Shown here: one piece after another, positions 11,862 to 23,200 of the stretch
How the letters are laid out: each line of letters starts with the position of its first letter
Numbering within the stretch: position 1 is the stretch's first letter
Origin: Acanthaster planci
Lineage: Eukaryota
Assembly: GCF_001949145.1 (NCBI RefSeq)
Contig: NW_019091355.1
Location: 2,379,107 to 2,443,106, forward strand
Direction of reading: 5' to 3'
DNA: 64,000 nucleotides
Position numbers and translations under genes: made by a program
Notes under the pieces: model-generated
Databases searched by the model: none
Told to the model about the DNA's origin: nothing
Seen by the model: the letters and a program-made list of their open reading frames with translations, nothing else

Positions 11862-14800
11862 ATGGCTGTTCTGAACATTTCAGGAGATGCTTATCTGAAC
11901 GTGACCACGCTCTTGGTGGCTGTAGGAACCCTGGTTGCCTACGCACTCTACAGAAGCACCAGGCGGCCCGCAGGTTTCCCGCCCGGGCCAGCTGCACTGC
12001 CGCTTGTCGGAAACATTACCCGTAAGTTGAATAAAAATTAACGTAGTATTGTACACTTTCCTCTATCCATGCATGACTTGACTTCCTTCCTCCAAAGCTC
12101 CATGGCATGCTCTACCCTAGCCCCAGACTGGGGGCCAGTCTACTGCTAGTACTGGACTCCACCCCTCCCTCTCCCTCACGTATCCTTGATATGGAGGGAG
12201 TCCAGTAGACTGGTCCCCAGCCTGGGGCTAATTCTACCCCACCATGAACGTCACGTCCGACAATATTATTAATACACAAGGCCATATGATGGCAATGTGA
12301 TCGGTGTTTGACTAGCCTATTTTCTATAGGGGCCTATAGTATATGACTGATCCACATTATCGGGTACGTGTACCTCAACTTTAGCCCCAAACTAGAGCCA
12401 GTCTACTGTACTCCCTCCCTATCAAGGATACATGAGGGAGGGGGAGGGGTGGAGTCCAGTAGACTGGTCCTAGCCTGGAGCTACGCATGTACTTCCAACC
12501 CAGTGTTTTGGGTTTTTACTGATCACTGCAGTTCCATAACCGATTGTATGTATTCACTCATATAATGATGACTGCAGTGTCTTTCCCCCAAATTATACCA
12601 CAGCAACAGCGCCCTCAGTTGTCCAGAAAAGCACAGACCATTTTGACATTTGAAAGAATTGAAGTTTTAACCCCACTCAAACAATCCTCAGACACGGAAG
12701 ACTTCCTCATAATATTGCTTGATATTTCACAGTTTTTCTGCTCTTCGAAGTGCATCAATGAAAAATTCATTGTACCAACCTTTTAATCATTCTCTCCATT
12801 CTGTAGAATTCTTTTCCATGTTGGAATCAGCGGCAGAATTCAAGAAGAAGTATGGGCCAATTGTCTCCCTCAAGATGGGCACCAGCAACGTGGTCTTGCT
12901 GAACAACATTGAGGTTGTCAAGGAGGCTCTGATTAAAAAGGGACTGGATTTTGTCGGGCGACCGAGCATTCACTCAGGTATTAAGAGAAAACAAGACTAT
13001 TTGGCCTGCAGCGGGGTTGTGTGGTATTAATGAAACAACCAAAGCTTCTAGACAGCTACCGGAGGTCAACTAGGATTCATGCTTGGTTGAGAATCTGCCT
13101 TTTGTGAGCCCTTAAAGTCGCTCAAAACTTCATGATTAAAATTTTTGAATTGTTTTTTTACCCATTCCAGTCAGCTTGATTACGGAAGGATATAAAGACA
13201 TCGCTTTCACAGACTACGGGCCTCAGTGGAGATATCAACGCAAACTCGGCCACACTGCAATCAGGTGCTTGTAACTTTGTACATCTAGCCCACCTGTAAC
13301 CCCCCCCCCCAATTTGCCCTGCCCTGCCCTTCATTGCGTGATGGTGTGGAATTCATTTGGCCACTATTAGAGCAGTGCTGTTGTGTAGACCGTCACAAGA
13401 CCAGACACCAGACCAGTCAAAAGACCGGTCACAATTAACGAAGTGAACAACAACAAAAGGACTGCTTGTGATGCAGTTCATTTGAATAGCTTGTGACTTC
13501 AATTCCGACCGGAGGTCTTGTGTTGGTCTCATGATGGTCTTGTTGGGCCTTGTGATCGTCTTAACGGGTCTCAAGTACAATATTGATAAATATGTGTACA
13601 ATTCATTGAAGTTTGTAAAAAGTTCCCTGATATCCTGTTTACAGGAACTAGTTTGACAACTTCCTATGCCTTGGGAGCTTGTACCAACCATCCACTCCAA
13701 GGCTCAAACCAAATATTTGTAGATAGTAAGACACTTTCACAAAAGAAAATTTGGCATTTCCCTTGGTAACATTACCACTCCACTTGTTAGAAGTACATTT
13801 AGATCCGAGTTCTTGACAGATGCAAAGACAGATGAGGTCTTGGTTTTTTTAACATAACCAAAGTGAAATGCTTTAACAGAGACTGAATGAAGATGGTAAC
13901 AGAAGGACTAGAATTGAGCCCCTGCTGTCATGTCTAATTGTACCCATGGCAGTTGAGCATAAATTTATAGAAGGCCTGTGTGGAGCGCCCTCACAGAGGA
14001 CATGTTTTGTTATTTAGATTTAGATGACAATTAAGTGTCTACTCAAGCATATCAGGCAGGAACTAAGACCTGTCCTCTATGAGGGCGCTCCATGCAGGCC
14101 CTCTATTGTTAAATTTAACTTTAAAACTACTTTGCTCTCTCTATTGATACGTTTTTAGACATTTTGCCCAGAAAGAGCACTTGGAGAAGCTTGTATTCAC
14201 CGTCATTCCTGGTATCGCCAAAATCCTGGATGATCTTGGAGACAAATCCTTCGCTCCAAAATGGACAGTAGGCCAGATTGTTTTCAACATCCTGTCTACG
14301 TTGTGCTTTGCAAAGCAGTGAGTAGTCACCCATGAGCTCTCAGCGATCAGAATAGCATGCACAAGGGCCCATTGACACAAATGAAGAGCAACATTCCATG
14401 TAAAAAGTGTCCAGCATAGTGGTTTCCTGTGGGACTGAGAATGGACAGGCTGCACTGTATGGTGATAAATTGGTATGCATAGAGCCTGAGCGATTTCGAA
14501 ACATGCTGGTACCTTGGCAAGGGGATCAGTCACTTTTGAAAAGTGGGGAAGACATAATACCTATATAGTCTTAGAGCTAGCTACCTAAGATTTCTACCCA
14601 TTTGACCCAGATGGTTTGACCCCTTAAAGTTAATCCGATGGTCCATGTCATTCAGAAAAAGTTGGTCAGCCTGGGGGTGCTGTTGGGGGGCACTTTGTAG
14701 GGGGTCTGACCACACCTTCCTAACCAGATATTTAGTCAGTTTTTTTTTGTAATGTACTATCATATTACTTTGTTTTGACAAAGTTTGATCCATGAATGAG

Positions 14801-17800
14801 ATGAGGTGAAATAAACCGTCTGACCTCGGGGGGGGGGGGCTGACCAATTTTTTTGAATGACATGGACAACCTAATTAACTTGAAGGGGTCAAACCTTCTG
14901 GGTGAAATGGGTAGAAATCTTATGTAGCTAGCTCTTAAACTAATAGCAATGCCAGTAAGACCATGAAGCCCCCAAAAGTGTAGAGTCTGGGGCCCTCTTA
15001 AAAGCCCTGAACAATTTGATTGTAGGTGCGCTGTGGTGAAATCTGAGGCATTTTCTGACCACTTTACCCAATATTTGTTTACATTTTTTGCCATAGCTTT
15101 CAAGTTCGTAGGAATTCATGAGGGGGTGTGAGAATTCAGCTTTTAACTGATTTCAGATTTTTGTTGTTTACATTTTGTAGATGTTGACCCTGAATTTCAG
15201 CTTTTTTGTACACCTGGTTTGTACAAAAATATGGGAACTTTCAACATTTCAGCTTTTTGCTAGCTATTTTCAGCTTGGATTTTGGCTGGCCACTCACACC
15301 CCTAATTTATACTGTGAGCTGTATCACCAAATTCAGGCTTACTACTTTTATTCGGCAATGAAAAACGGGCAGGAGGAGACATATGATATTTTCCCCGCTT
15401 TTAATAAGTGGGTGGGGGCCACAGGACATCTTCCCCCACTGATTAACACCCATGTTTCATGCAGAGAATGTACATTCTGGCCAATCAGTTGATCTTGCGA
15501 GGCATGATGTTGTGGAATGGCTGGTTTGGTTGAATGCTCCCAATACGAGAGGCAGCACGCATTTGTACCCGTGAAACGTCATCCGGCACCTTGTCTGTGC
15601 TATCCACTCTACGCCTTTTCTTTTGTAACAGATACGAGTTCAACCAGCCAGAGTTGATGGAATGGATAAGCATCAATCAGGAGCTATCTGGAGTTGCTAG
15701 TACTGGTCTGCCGTCGGATATATTGCCAATCTTCCGTTATCTGCCAACCCCAAAAGACAGGAAATTTGGTCGTGTGTTGAAGCAGTACCATGCAATGTAT
15801 TATAAAGAGCTCCAGAAACACCGAGAAAGTTTCGATACAGGTACAACCGATGCATCAAATGCTAAGCTAACTCTGTGTTCCTACGTGACTGCCTCCTTTT
15901 TGAAGGAACTTATTTCAACATACTCTCCCTGACACCACAAACTGCATGCATGGATTGCTGTCATTTGTACAACAGAATCGTGGTTCTCACAATTTAGACC
16001 AAAATCCTGCATCCATGCCTCACTGCCAGTATATTTTGTTTTCCCGGACTGAGACCTGGCATGATTTTTCAAGTTTCTTTCTATACCTCATACGAGTTTG
16101 GAGTCACCCTTACGAAAGTGAATTCAATTTCTGACTGGTCTGTGTCTCACACTGATTGGCAGAGAACATCCATGACTTCTTTGACTCCTTGCTGCTGACC
16201 CAGAAGGAGAACATTGAAGCCGGAGAGGAGGGAGCCGACCGTCTGACAGACACCCACCTGGTCCAGACGGTGGCAGACATTTTTGGAGGTACCGAGATAC
16301 GTGGCAGAAATCGTAATGGAAAAACTGTGTGGCTGATTTCAAATCGAATGGCTGTGGCTGTCACCTTCCACAGATTGTACTGTCTTCAGCCATAGCCAAG
16401 TAATTTGGTCATGGCCTATCTTGGTTTTTATTGGCTCTATGCAAACTATTTGTTGCTTAGATTTTGCCAAAGTGTTCAAAATCACAGTGTGCACCTCATG
16501 ACAATTGAGTCAGGACAAGTCACTGGGACGTGGTACGTCTATTCTGGTAAAAACAAATCGTAAACCTAGACTTGAAGTAACCTCTTGGAATGGCAGAGTT
16601 TCTCAGCTTCGTTGGTTTTAAGTTTGGACTTTTGTCTTTGTCTTTTTCATTTGGCTGTCTCAGATTCCCTCTTTGATTGACTGGTGTTTAATTTCACTCG
16701 TTTTTATTTTCTCACCAAAGCGGGAACGGAAACTACCATCCTCACCCTCCACTGGGCTGTGCTTCTGATGGCAGAGCATCCTGACATCCAGGAGAAGGTT
16801 GCCATGGAAATTGACGAGGTCATAGGTCGTAACAGAATGCCATCTTTGGATGACAGGGGCTCAGTGCCCTTCACAGAGGCCACCATCTGGGAGATTTTCC
16901 GGTTCGGGTCGGCAGTTCCTTTTGGGGTTCCTCACACGGCGATGACAGACTCCAAACTTCGTGAGCACCGCATCCCTCTCATTCTCTATGCACTTGCCCC
17001 AAACCTTGAGTGACGCTCACTGAGTTTGTACACACACAGAGGCTCCAACTGTTCCTCTGAGGTTTAGCGTGATGGAGCCCTCCAGTTGCCGTGGGCCACG
17101 GCTGGGCAATGTTGCAAATATTGCTCCATGATATTGTCTCAGAGTTTTAAAAAAGTAATGATGCAATAAAATAGGTTACACAAGTCTTGAACAAGTGACC
17201 ACCAAGGGTCAGTATTTGCAAACTTTAACTTTTTAAAGGACTTGTGTTGTGGTGTCTTGTCGTTTCAAAAAGTTGGTATTTTCAGGCCAAAAGTATTACA
17301 GAGACAAGTTCAATGCGGAATACGTCCAGTACTGTTGGCAAGCAACAAATACCTACGGCTACATGCACATTGTCTTTTGTTCCCTGATTTTCAGATGGTT
17401 ACCGGATCACCAAAGGAACGTTGGTGATGATCAACCATTTTGCCCTGCACTATGATCCTGATGTGTGGACAGAGCCGAAGAAGTTTAAACCAGGTCAGGG
17501 TTGATGAGGATTTACTTACACGTATTTTGTTTTGAAACAAACATTGTCTACCCATTTGTACAACCAGAGAAAATTGACTCTTGGCTGGCAACATGTTTTG
17601 CCCGAATATGCACATTCACTTATTAAGTGTTAAGGGGGAGTTATATCAGAATTTGGAGTATATGTTGTTCAGAGTGTTATGCAATGTATTATTTGGTACT
17701 TAGATATGTAATGTCTTTTTGCAACTGCACACTGAAGGCCAGCCATGGTTTACCAGCTACTGGTAAGCAAAAACTGTGACTGGATGCAGCAAGAGAAAAA

Positions 17801-18108
17801 AAGTCTGTTGACAGTTCTTGTCTAGTGTCTCTGTTTCCTTCCCAGAGCGATTCCTGAATGACAATGGCCAACTCCCTGCCAAGCCTCCAGAGAACCTTTT
17901 GCCCTTTGGCTGCGGACGTCGCGTCTGCCTCGGCGAGGACTTCGCTAAGAAGGAAATCTTCTTGCTCTTCACCTGGCTCTGCAGCCGGTATACCTTCTAC
18001 AAAGTACCAGGCAACATGAGCGAGTCCCTGCTGAAGCTGAACCGTGCTTTGGGCTTTGCACACCAACCCCTGGATGACGCAGAAGTCTGCGTGAAGAAGC
18101 GCTTCTAG
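11862..18108 (+). CDS. Cytochrome P450, clan 2, CYP17A1-like (P450-1), 9 exons, 506 aa
   Basis: Exons 11862-12021, 12807-12977, 13171-13264, 14159-14317, 15632-15840, 16163-16288, 16721-16960, 17395-17493, 17846-18108 (1521 nt, GT-AG). Motifs: TM anchor plus PPGP hinge, WxxxR (WRYQR), I helix DIFGAGTETT, K helix EIFR, PERF, heme motif [10 protein letters not shown]. Confidence 0.93.
12118..12230. mobile_element. MITE with TAG..CTA termini, P450-1 intron 1
   Basis: 28-bp TIR TAGCCCCAGACTGGGGGCCAGTCTACTG / CAGTAGACTGGTCCCCAGCCTGGGGCTA (2 mismatches). Flanks GCTCTACCC / ATTCTACCC suggest a ~9-bp TSD. Confidence 0.75.
12382..12483. mobile_element. Second copy of the same MITE, opposite orientation
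   Basis: Same TIRs. The core ATCAAGGATAC..GAGGGGTGGAGTCCAGT is the reverse complement of the 12118-12230 core. Confidence 0.7.
13969..14104. mobile_element. MITE with AG..CT termini flanked by AT
   Basis: ~34-bp imperfect TIR AGAAGGCCTGTGTGGAGCGCCCTCACAGAGGACA / TGTCCTCTATGAGGGCGCTCCATGCAGGCCCTCT. Confidence 0.7.
14574..14934. mobile_element. Non-autonomous DNA transposon with long TIRs and TTA TSD (PIF/Harbinger-like)
   Basis: ~95-bp imperfect TIRs starting GAGCTAGCTAC and ending GTAGCTAGCTC, with TTA on both sides. Confidence 0.75.
15122..15303. mobile_element. Short TIR element; related sequence at ~6470-6616
   Basis: GGGGTGTGAG / CTCACACCCC ends with internal CAGCTTTT/AAAAGCTG motifs that also occur at 6470-6616. 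Confidence 0.45.
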
Positions 18109-19549
18109 CAGTCTGAATAGAAGTTTCGTATGGTTGCCATCTTGCAGACCAGTACGTTTGTTTCATAGGGTAAGAGGTTTCCCTGTACAACAAAAGAACT
18201 GCCCTGCAAGATGGCTACCATGCAAATGCTCTGTAGTGGAATTGACTGGAGTCTACGCTCGAGAGCATGAGACTCTCATATATTTCATGCTATTCTAACG
18301 TACCTCTCATAGCTCACACCCATATGGGATTTCTCACACGTAACAACTGAATATACTAGTGAGGTGCCGAAAGAAAATTGTAGTCAAAATAGGTCTCCAT
18401 GGTACCTTCGTTTCCTATGGGTGGCTAATGGTTGCAGCCTTGGTTTTTGCTCAGTTTTACTGTGAAAAATATCCATCCACCTCATCACTGTGAGGAGGGT
18501 CAAAGTTTCATTCAGTACTAAACAGTAGAGTTGATTTGGTGTTTGGGGAGGCAGCAATGAGTGTTATCAAAAGCACCTTGAATCATTCTTTTACTTCCGG
18601 ACTGACCAACAGGCTAGTCGTAGTTCTCCCTGTCAACGGTAGGCAAAATATGAGCGTACGCGGCCTAAAAAAGAGCTGACAGACCCTGGTCAGAATAGGC
18701 AAACAGCTACATTCTGCATATACGCTTGCTGCTTTTGAAGAAAATGGACTGGGTGCACAAATGAATGGCTTGTGCCTGTGACAGTTTTAGACCGAAATAG
18801 AACGTTATCGGTCGTCCATATGACACTTGCTGTTCAAATTTGGACCTGACTTACCTTGGTAATCCTCAGAGTTCAAAGGTACTTCATGTTGGTCCATTCA
18901 TAAGGAAGAAAGAAATCCGCAAATTAAAGCTGCAAATGTATTTTAATTGGAGTAGCATTACCATGACTTTCTGATGTTTAATCACACACGTTGCTCCTTT
19001 GCTATAGAAACAAATTGGTAAGTAGTGGACCTGATTTTTTTCTCTGAAATAAAAGCAATATTTTCCAAATTAAAACCAGGGTCAGTGTTCAACAATCCAA
19101 TACTGAAATATCTGTAATACATGTGTGTACATTTTGAAAGAAAAAATCTATTTTTTAGTCTATGTCATTTCTAGCAAGTAATATAATTAATTGAGAGTAG
19201 TCATGATGTTGCCAAAAGTAATGAGTTAATAAACTTCAGTGGTTAGATGATCGAATTCAGACTACAAAAGAGTGTATTTCAAAGTCATATCTATCCACCC
19301 CATCCCAACACATTAACAAAACGTAGTCTCTTCCGTGTAAGTCAGACGTTACGTGGTACGCCAACACAGGCTAATGCACGAGGGAACACCGAGTTTGACT
19401 TCAGATGCTGACTTTATGCAGTGCAGTAATTGGGTATACAGCTGTACAAAATAAAATACACGAATGAGGGAATGAGTTGCATTGTCAATCAACACCCTCA
19501 GCTTTTCAAAAAATAGCAACGTCTGCGCGAACAAAGCACATTCGACGTG

Positions 19550-19826
19550 GGGGAGCGGGTTAGCGTAGCAGTTCTTTCCTCGCTTTGCACCAATGAGGCC
19601 TTGGTTTGAGTCCCGGCTTGGCCCAGGCTTTAAGTGCATTTGGTTTCCAGTCCATACTCGCTTTCGCAGGTTTTCTCCGGGTACTCCGGTTTCCTCCTGT
19701 CTCTGAAACTGGACCTTCTTCCTAACTCCGTAATGTGATGCTGATTAATAAAGTGTATGAATAAACGTACAGTTATTGGCGCAAATAGCCTCAATTGCTG
19801 AAAGCGCCATTAATACAAAACAACAA
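19550..19826 (+). mobile_element. tRNA-derived SINE with a V/Meta-type central motif and 13-bp TSD
   Basis: A-box-like TAGCGTAGCAG, B-box-like GGTTTGAGTCCC, central GGTTTTCTCCGGGTACTCCGGTTTCCTCC, and a CAA-type tail. TSD CACATTCGACGTG at 19537-19549 and 19827-19839. Confidence 0.85.
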
Positions 19827-20207
19827 CACATTCGACGTGATCTCTCAATGCACCAATTGATCTTTCTCGCCGTGCTGCATGCCTTTGAACATTCCTAATA
19901 CTGAGTGTTTGCCGAACTAGGTTCTGGACTTCTGTGCTAGTTTTTTTAAGGATGTCAAAATTGTAAGTACTGCTGCCAGACTATTTTTACCTGTTCACCG
20001 TCTGAACAAAATTATATGTGACAAGTACTAGCAGTACACTTGCACGAAGTCCAAGATCCAAAACCTTGTTTTCCCAAACTCTGGCGTTGACTGCTGCTGC
20101 CCGGCGCTGCACCGCACGCACAGAATTTGATATCATTAAAGGGGAGCCACTAATCAACCTCACCCCCAAGTTTGAGGCCAGCATCGCAAAGAGGGGAGTG
20201 AAGAAAA

Positions 20208-23200
20208 ATGGAAATGCACGGAGACCTGTACCTGAACATGACTACTCTTTTGGTGGCTGTAGGAACCTTGGCAGCGTATGTGCTGTACAGGAGCACCAGG
20301 CGGCCTGCGGGCTTCCCACCCGGGCCAACCGCACTACCACTTGTCGGAAATATTCCTCGTGAGTTGTATCCTAATATGCAAGCAGCTATAGGTAGGGTCT
20401 ATGCCTTACTTTCTTTGGTACCGGAACAATTTTGGTTGGTTATAAATACATGTATAGCGTGAAACGACACAGAAGTCTTTCATCCTCAAGAATTATGATG
20501 AACAGTGGCGATACATGTGTTACCCCAGCTATGGATTACCCTCCAGCTACGGACTAAAAGGAATAGACCCCTTAAATTGATATGGTACCGTACTCCATGC
20601 GCGTGTATTTGGCAAATCATGCTTTCGCTTTCGGCAGGCACTCTGTGCATTGTCGTTTCACAAACTGAAAGCTATTTTAATTATACCAGTTAAACAACTT
20701 CTAATTAATTTCTGTGTCAGGTATCAGATACAGGGATGGGTCAAATGCATGTCAAACCTTTCAAAGAATTTGCTCCTTACTGTATGTATTTCACTTCAGT
20801 ATCCGATGTGCGCGCGCACCGTCGAGCGTTAGTTTGTGAAACCGAAATTCTTGATAACGCAACTTTCACAGCGAACTGACACTCACTTGCAAATGAGTGT
20901 CAGTTCGTGGTGTCGGTGACGAACTGTGAGTAACCAAGAGAGGGTCGTATTTCCTAAGGCCGACAAAGCGAAATTCAACCCTCTGCTCACTCATCACAGG
21001 TCCGACAGGGAATATAAACTTGCACTACCGATGACCAAACTATTCCAGTCCATTTGTTTTAAAACACACTGTCCGAAATGTCGAATACAAAAAATCGAGA
21101 TTTTGTAACGTAACTGTTTTCCTCCAACTCATACGCAATTAAAGGAACACTTTTGTCTTCCTTAAATTCAGTTTTTGTGTTACTCTTCACTTTTCTTGTC
21201 GTGATTTGAGGGCCCTGTAACAGTCAAAATTTAAAGTAAAATCTTACACGACCAATATAAATTGTAGTCCACTGTTGTGCGATGTCTTGGCGCGAGTCTG
21301 ATTTACACTGACCAAAAAGTTAATAATTTTTGTAGTCTGTAACCGTGAACCCCTCGTGACAATGTTTCAGCCAACCAGGATAACGAACCAATTTGGAAGT
21401 ACGGCTGTAGTTGGGACGACCAAAGTATGTCACACATTCCAGCTGTGTGTCATAATTAATTCCGTAAGGTGTGAGCTGCATTAACTTCGAGATGGTTCTT
21501 GAGGTCTTTCACAGAATTTGTTGAGTATGGTTTTTATACATGCCGGCCAACTAAAGCACCATAATTTGGGACCTTCCCAACTAGCTCTGTTGTTGGAACA
21601 TGTGGGGGTGTAACACATGCTTAATCATAACATAAGTAGGCCTAACTTGAGTAGGTAATTCAGTCCTAATCAAGGGTGTATCCAGAACCAAATTTTCGAT
21701 GGAGGGGAACTTGTTTGATGAGGGGGCAGTTACGTAGGCTCTTTAACCTTTCATGACCTTTCTGAGGGTTGAAGCTACATGTTAAGGTTTTATACTCTTT
21801 TTAGGAGGGAAGTGAAAAAGATAAACTAACAAAGTTATATTCACTTACAGAATTTTTAAAATAACAGGAAGAACGTGATTGTTCAATTGTCAATTCATTG
21901 CAGCAGTTTAATTGTAAATTCAATGTAGCAATACCAAAGAATTTTACTCACTTGATTAAAATTCATTGTCCTTCCTTCATTGCATTCCGTCCAGTGTTTT
22001 ACTTTGCAAAACATCCAAAACAAGCTTTCCTGGATCTTTCGAAGAAATATGGCGCAATCGTCTCCTTGAAATTCGCCAGTGGTGACGTTGTTTTGCTAAA
22101 CACTTTTGATGTGGTTAAAGAGGCACTCGTCAAGAAAGCCGCTGTGTTTGCTGGACGTCCTGCAACATACTCAGGTGAGGTGCATCGAGGTCAGATATTG
22201 ACCAGGGTCCCTTTAATTGCAGTACTTTTCAGAAAGTTTGCTTGAAGTTGCCAGCAGTTTGGAGGAAAAAACTGTTCCACCAAATAAAGTTCCAAAAACT
22301 TAACAGTCACACCTGATATGAAATAGACTGGTGAACAATACAGTTCGTCCGCGGCGTGGCTAAGGGGGGGTAGGGGCGCACGCCCCCCCCATGAGAAATC
22401 GTGGCCCCCCCACTTGATGTGGTCACGATTATGGACATGTATACATGTATTTCCAACTACCAGATAGACTCCCCCCCCCACTGAAGCGATAATCTCCCCG
22501 CTCGCCACCCCGCCCCCTGAATCCTGGCTACGCCGGTGCAGTTTGTACATAGGCTACAGTAATGTTGCATTCAACTAGATTCAGAGTTTACGAAAATGTT
22601 TTAGTGTTCTTCTTCATGGATTTGCCATCCAAAATATTCTTCAATGTTACTTTTTAATTGTCTCGTGTTTCTCTAATTCTATTATAGTTGGATTACTAAC
22701 AGAAGGGTTCAAAGACATTGTTTTCTCAACCTACGGACCTCAGTGGCGTTATCAACGCAAACTTGGCCATACTGCCATCAGGTAAATGAAGATAATGTCA
22801 GGAAGTTCAACCCCATTCTTTGAGAATTTGGTAACCTCAGGAAAGCTTCTAGTTCTCTGACTAAAATTTTAAAATAATTACCATGGGAATCCTCGGAAAG
22901 GAATTATTCCGTGCCTATCATTACAGAAATGGCTTTTCTATACAGACTAAATCATGTCGTTCAAAACGATCAGGTGGTTGCAGAAAGAAAGCTTTGAGAA
23001 AAATGTATGTCAAATGTCCCTTGGCGGAAATTTGTCACCAAAATGGTTCTGCTCAGAAGACCAAATCTGATGGGTAATCTACACATTCAACTCTCATCAC
23101 TTTTAAGGTTGCGGGCTCCAGTCACGCTTTTTAACCAGGAAAGCACCAACGAATTAAATCACACTCCAAATACACAAGGCAAGTATAATTATTCAGAGTC

